Shown here piece by piece: positions 62,029-64,000 of a stretch of 64,000 nucleotides of DNA (position 1 is its first letter; each line of letters opens with the position of its first letter). Location: positions 290,434 through 354,433 of the forward strand of contig CAWASC010000010.1 in assembly GCA_963784705.1 (NCBI GenBank). The letters are read 5' to 3'. Made by a program: the position numbers and the translations under genes. The DNA is from an uncultured Actinomycetota bacterium (GTDB lineage Bacteria > Actinomycetota > Actinomycetes > Mycobacteriales > SCTD01). The notes under the pieces are model-generated. The model was not told the DNA's origin, did no database searches, and worked only from the letters and a program-made list of their open reading frames with translations.

Positions 62029-63594
62029 GTGCCCCGCCTGCTTCGTCCCGCTGTCCTCGTCCCCGCAGGTCTGGCGGTGGCCCTCGTCGCGGGCACGCTG
62101 CTCGCCCTGCCCGCCGCCGGGTCGGTGACGGTCGACGGCCTCAGCCGCACCACCTTCGACGCCGCGGGCGTCAAGGCGGCCACGGTGAAGGTCGACACCG
62201 GTGGGCACAAGACCACCGTCCGCGTCGACGGCACGATGCTCGCCGAGGGCAGCAGCGGTGTCCTCAGCGCGTCGCTGGCCGGACTGGCAGAGGGTTCCCA
62301 CACCCTCGAGGCGACGGTGGACAAGGGCTTCCCGCGCGGCTCGGCGACGACGCGCAAGACCTTCACGGTCGACCTCACGCCGCCGTCGCTGTCGCTGACC
62401 GTGCCGAGCAAGGCCGTGAAGATCAAGGACGCCGTCACGGTCACCGGCACCGTCGAGAAGGGCGCGACCGTCACGGCCGAGGGCGCGAAGGTGACGCAGG
62501 ACGGGACGACGTTCCGCGTTGCCTACCCGACCCCGCCGGCCGGAGCGGAGGTCGTCGCCACCGACGCCGCCGGCAACCGCGCCGTCGAGTCGGTCACCGT
62601 CGCGACGCTGTACCCGCAGCACATCCGCGCGGTGCACGTCACCGGTCGGGCGTGGGCCTACTCCAAGCTCCGTGAGCCGGTGCTCGCCCTGGCGCGGCAG
62701 AAGCGGATCAACGCCGTCCAGCTCGACATCAAGGACGAGGACGGCTTCGTCAACTACCCCACCAACGTCCCGCTGGCCCGCACCATCGGCGCCCGCACGG
62801 ACCTGTACGACGCCAAGAAGGCCACCGACCAGCTGCACGCCATGGGCATCCGCGTCATCGGCCGCATCGTGGCGTTCAACGACCCGAAGCTGTCCACCTG
62901 GGCGTTCACCCACGGCCACAAGGACTGGGTCATCCAGAACCCGGACGGCACGAAGTACGAGTACGGCTACAACAAGTCGGGCTTCTCCAACTTCGCCATC
63001 CCCGAGGTCCGGACGTACAACATCGACCTCGCCGCCGAGGCCGTGAAGCTCGGCTTCGACGACGTCGTCTACGACTACATCCGCCGACCGGACGGCCCCA
63101 TCGCCAAGATGCGCTTCCCCGGCCTGCACGGTCAGCCGGAGGATTCCATCGCGAGCTTCCTCGGTGAGGCCCAGGCCGTCGTCCGTCCGCTCGGCGGGTC
63201 ACTGGGAGCGGCCGCCTTCGCGCAGGCCGCGACCCGGCCCAAGGCCACCGCGCAGAACATCGCCAAGATGGCCAAGCACCTCGACGTCGTCATCCCGATG
63301 GACTACCCCTCGCACTGGAACAAGGGGGAGTACGGCGTCCCGGACCCCTACGTCGGGGCCTACGAGATCGTGAAGCGGTCCCTGGTCGACTGGCAGAAGG
63401 CGGTCGAGGGCACCAACTGCGTGGTCGTGCCGTGGCTGCAGGACGAGAACTTCCGCGGCGCCTACACACCGGCCAAGGTCCGCGAGCAGATCATGGGTGC
63501 CCGCGCGAACGGCATCCAGGGCTGGCTGATGTGGTCAGCCGTCGCGCGCTACCAGGGCGCGGCCTACAGCCCCGACGCGAAGCCTGCGCTGTAG
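62029..63594 (+). CDS. secreted protein with Ig-like N-terminal modules and a glycoside-hydrolase-like TIM-barrel domain (DUF4015/GHL-type)
   Basis: 521 aa. A signal peptide and beta-rich repeats (TVKVDTGGHKTTVRVDG.., TVTGTVEKGATVTAEG..) are followed by INAVQLDIKDEDG..VIGRIVAFND..DDVVYDYIRRP..IPMDYPSHW. Confidence 0.65.
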   Translation: MPRLLRPAVLVPAGLAVALVAGTLLALPAAGSVTVDGLSRTTFDAAGVKAATVKVDTGGHKTTVRVDGTMLAEGSSGVLSASLAGLAEGSHTLEATVDKGFPRGSATTRKTFTVDLTPPSLSLTVPSKAVKIKDAVTVTGTVEKGATVTAEGAKVTQDGTTFRVAYPTPPAGAEVVATDAAGNRAVESVTVATLYPQHIRAVHVTGRAWAYSKLREPVLALARQKRINAVQLDIKDEDGFVNYPTNVPLARTIGARTDLYDAKKATDQLHAMGIRVIGRIVAFNDPKLSTWAFTHGHKDWVIQNPDGTKYEYGYNKSGFSNFAIPEVRTYNIDLAAEAVKLGFDDVVYDYIRRPDGPIAKMRFPGLHGQPEDSIASFLGEAQAVVRPLGGSLGAAAFAQAATRPKATAQNIAKMAKHLDVVIPMDYPSHWNKGEYGVPDPYVGAYEIVKRSLVDWQKAVEGTNCVVVPWLQDENFRGAYTPAKVREQIMGARANGIQGWLMWSAVARYQGAAYSPDAKPAL

Positions 63595-63600
63595 GCGAGC

Positions 63601-64000
63601 TCAGACCCGCTGTCCGCGGGCGACCTGAGGCCGGGGCATCCGGAACCGGCGTACGACGGTCGTGCGCAGCAGGCCGTAGGCGATGTGCCCGCGGCGCTTG
63701 GTGCCCGGGAACACCTTCTTCAGCGCCACGCCGATCAGGACCGCGGCGAGCACCATGTCGATCGCGACGCCGAGCAGGGTCGCGAGCCAGATGCCGAACA
63801 TCGCGGACGCCAGCTGCTGGTTGCCGGTGAAGCTCGCGACGACGACGAGCAGCGCCACAGGGAGCAGCAGGAAGCCCAGGCTGCGCCGGGAGTCGACGAC
63901 GTCGCGCACGAGCCGGCGCTCGGGGCCGCGGTCGCGCTTGAGCAGCAGCTTCTCGTCACCAGTGAGGTTGGCGGCGCGCACCGCCTTGCGGTCCTGTGCC
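63601..64000 (-). CDS. DUF3043-like membrane protein, C-terminal part (gene continues beyond the right edge)
   Basis: The track ORF 63601..63981 starts at an internal GTG, and the frame stays open to nt 64000. The product reads ..GDEKLLLKRDRGPERRLVRDVVDSRRSLGFLLLPVALL.., followed by two TM helices. Confidence 0.65.
   Translation of the reverse strand, partial: AQDRKAVRAANLTGDEKLLLKRDRGPERRLVRDVVDSRRSLGFLLLPVALLVVVASFTGNQQLASAMFGIWLATLLGVAIDMVLAAVLIGVALKKVFPGTKRRGHIAYGLLRTTVVRRFRMPRPQVARGQRV

Noticed and set aside
1-64000. Mobile elements, prophage or defence islands.
   Set aside because: I found no transposase, integrase, recombinase, restriction/modification, toxin-antitoxin or cas-like products in any frame. 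The patatin gene sits in a signalling context, not a CBASS-like one.

Overview
This is a very GC-rich chromosomal segment (third codon positions are almost all G/C). It looks actinobacterial: mycothiol-type and F420/LLM-type enzymes, an MMPL transporter, a GlnR-like operator, and many GTG/TTG starts and 4-nt stop/start overlaps. I can support about 66 protein-coding genes. I see no rRNA, tRNA, CRISPR array, transposase, integrase or phage genes. All family calls were made by eye from motifs, without searches.

The backbone is core metabolism:
- Nitrogen assimilation: a glnA2-type gene, glnE, glnA and gluABCD.
- Lipoate and 2-oxoacid dehydrogenase parts: lipA, lipB, the E2 gene sucB/dlaT, and lpd.
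- pepA, gcvT, and a cobU-cobT-cobS nucleotide-loop cluster.

From memory, the gene order resembles the M. tuberculosis Rv2206-Rv2222c neighbourhood, interrupted by accessory blocks:
- envelope membrane proteins and an acyltransferase;
- a signalling block of patatin, thioesterase, RsbQ-like hydrolase, a PAS/GAF/PP2C/kinase protein and STAS;
- a hybrid kinase with a REC-HD-GYP regulator;
- an MMPL block;
- a polysaccharide deacetylase paired with a glycosidase-like protein.

Most interesting observations:
1. At the left edge (1-2369) there is a translationally coupled four-gene cassette: an AcpS-type PPTase, a free-standing carrier protein, an acyl-CoA-dehydrogenase-like flavoenzyme, and a SerRS-like amino acid:carrier-protein ligase. 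The ORF track misses the ligase. This is my best candidate for an uncharacterised system.
2. The cob cluster has a PhnP-like metallo-beta-lactamase domain fused to CobU, next to a short, motif-degenerate CobT-like gene.
3. Two adjacent genes of one operon (the glnA2-type gene and a class I amidotransferase) each carry a +1 frameshift at a short homopolymer. All the other genes I could judge appear to have intact reading frames.
4. A perfect 15-bp x4 in-frame repeat sits at the pepA 5' end.
5. A predicted membrane pseudokinase carries a perfect 24-bp duplication.
6. Two genes have a conserved N-terminus with no canonical start codon (gluC and the second membrane-protein paralogue).

None of these is proven.
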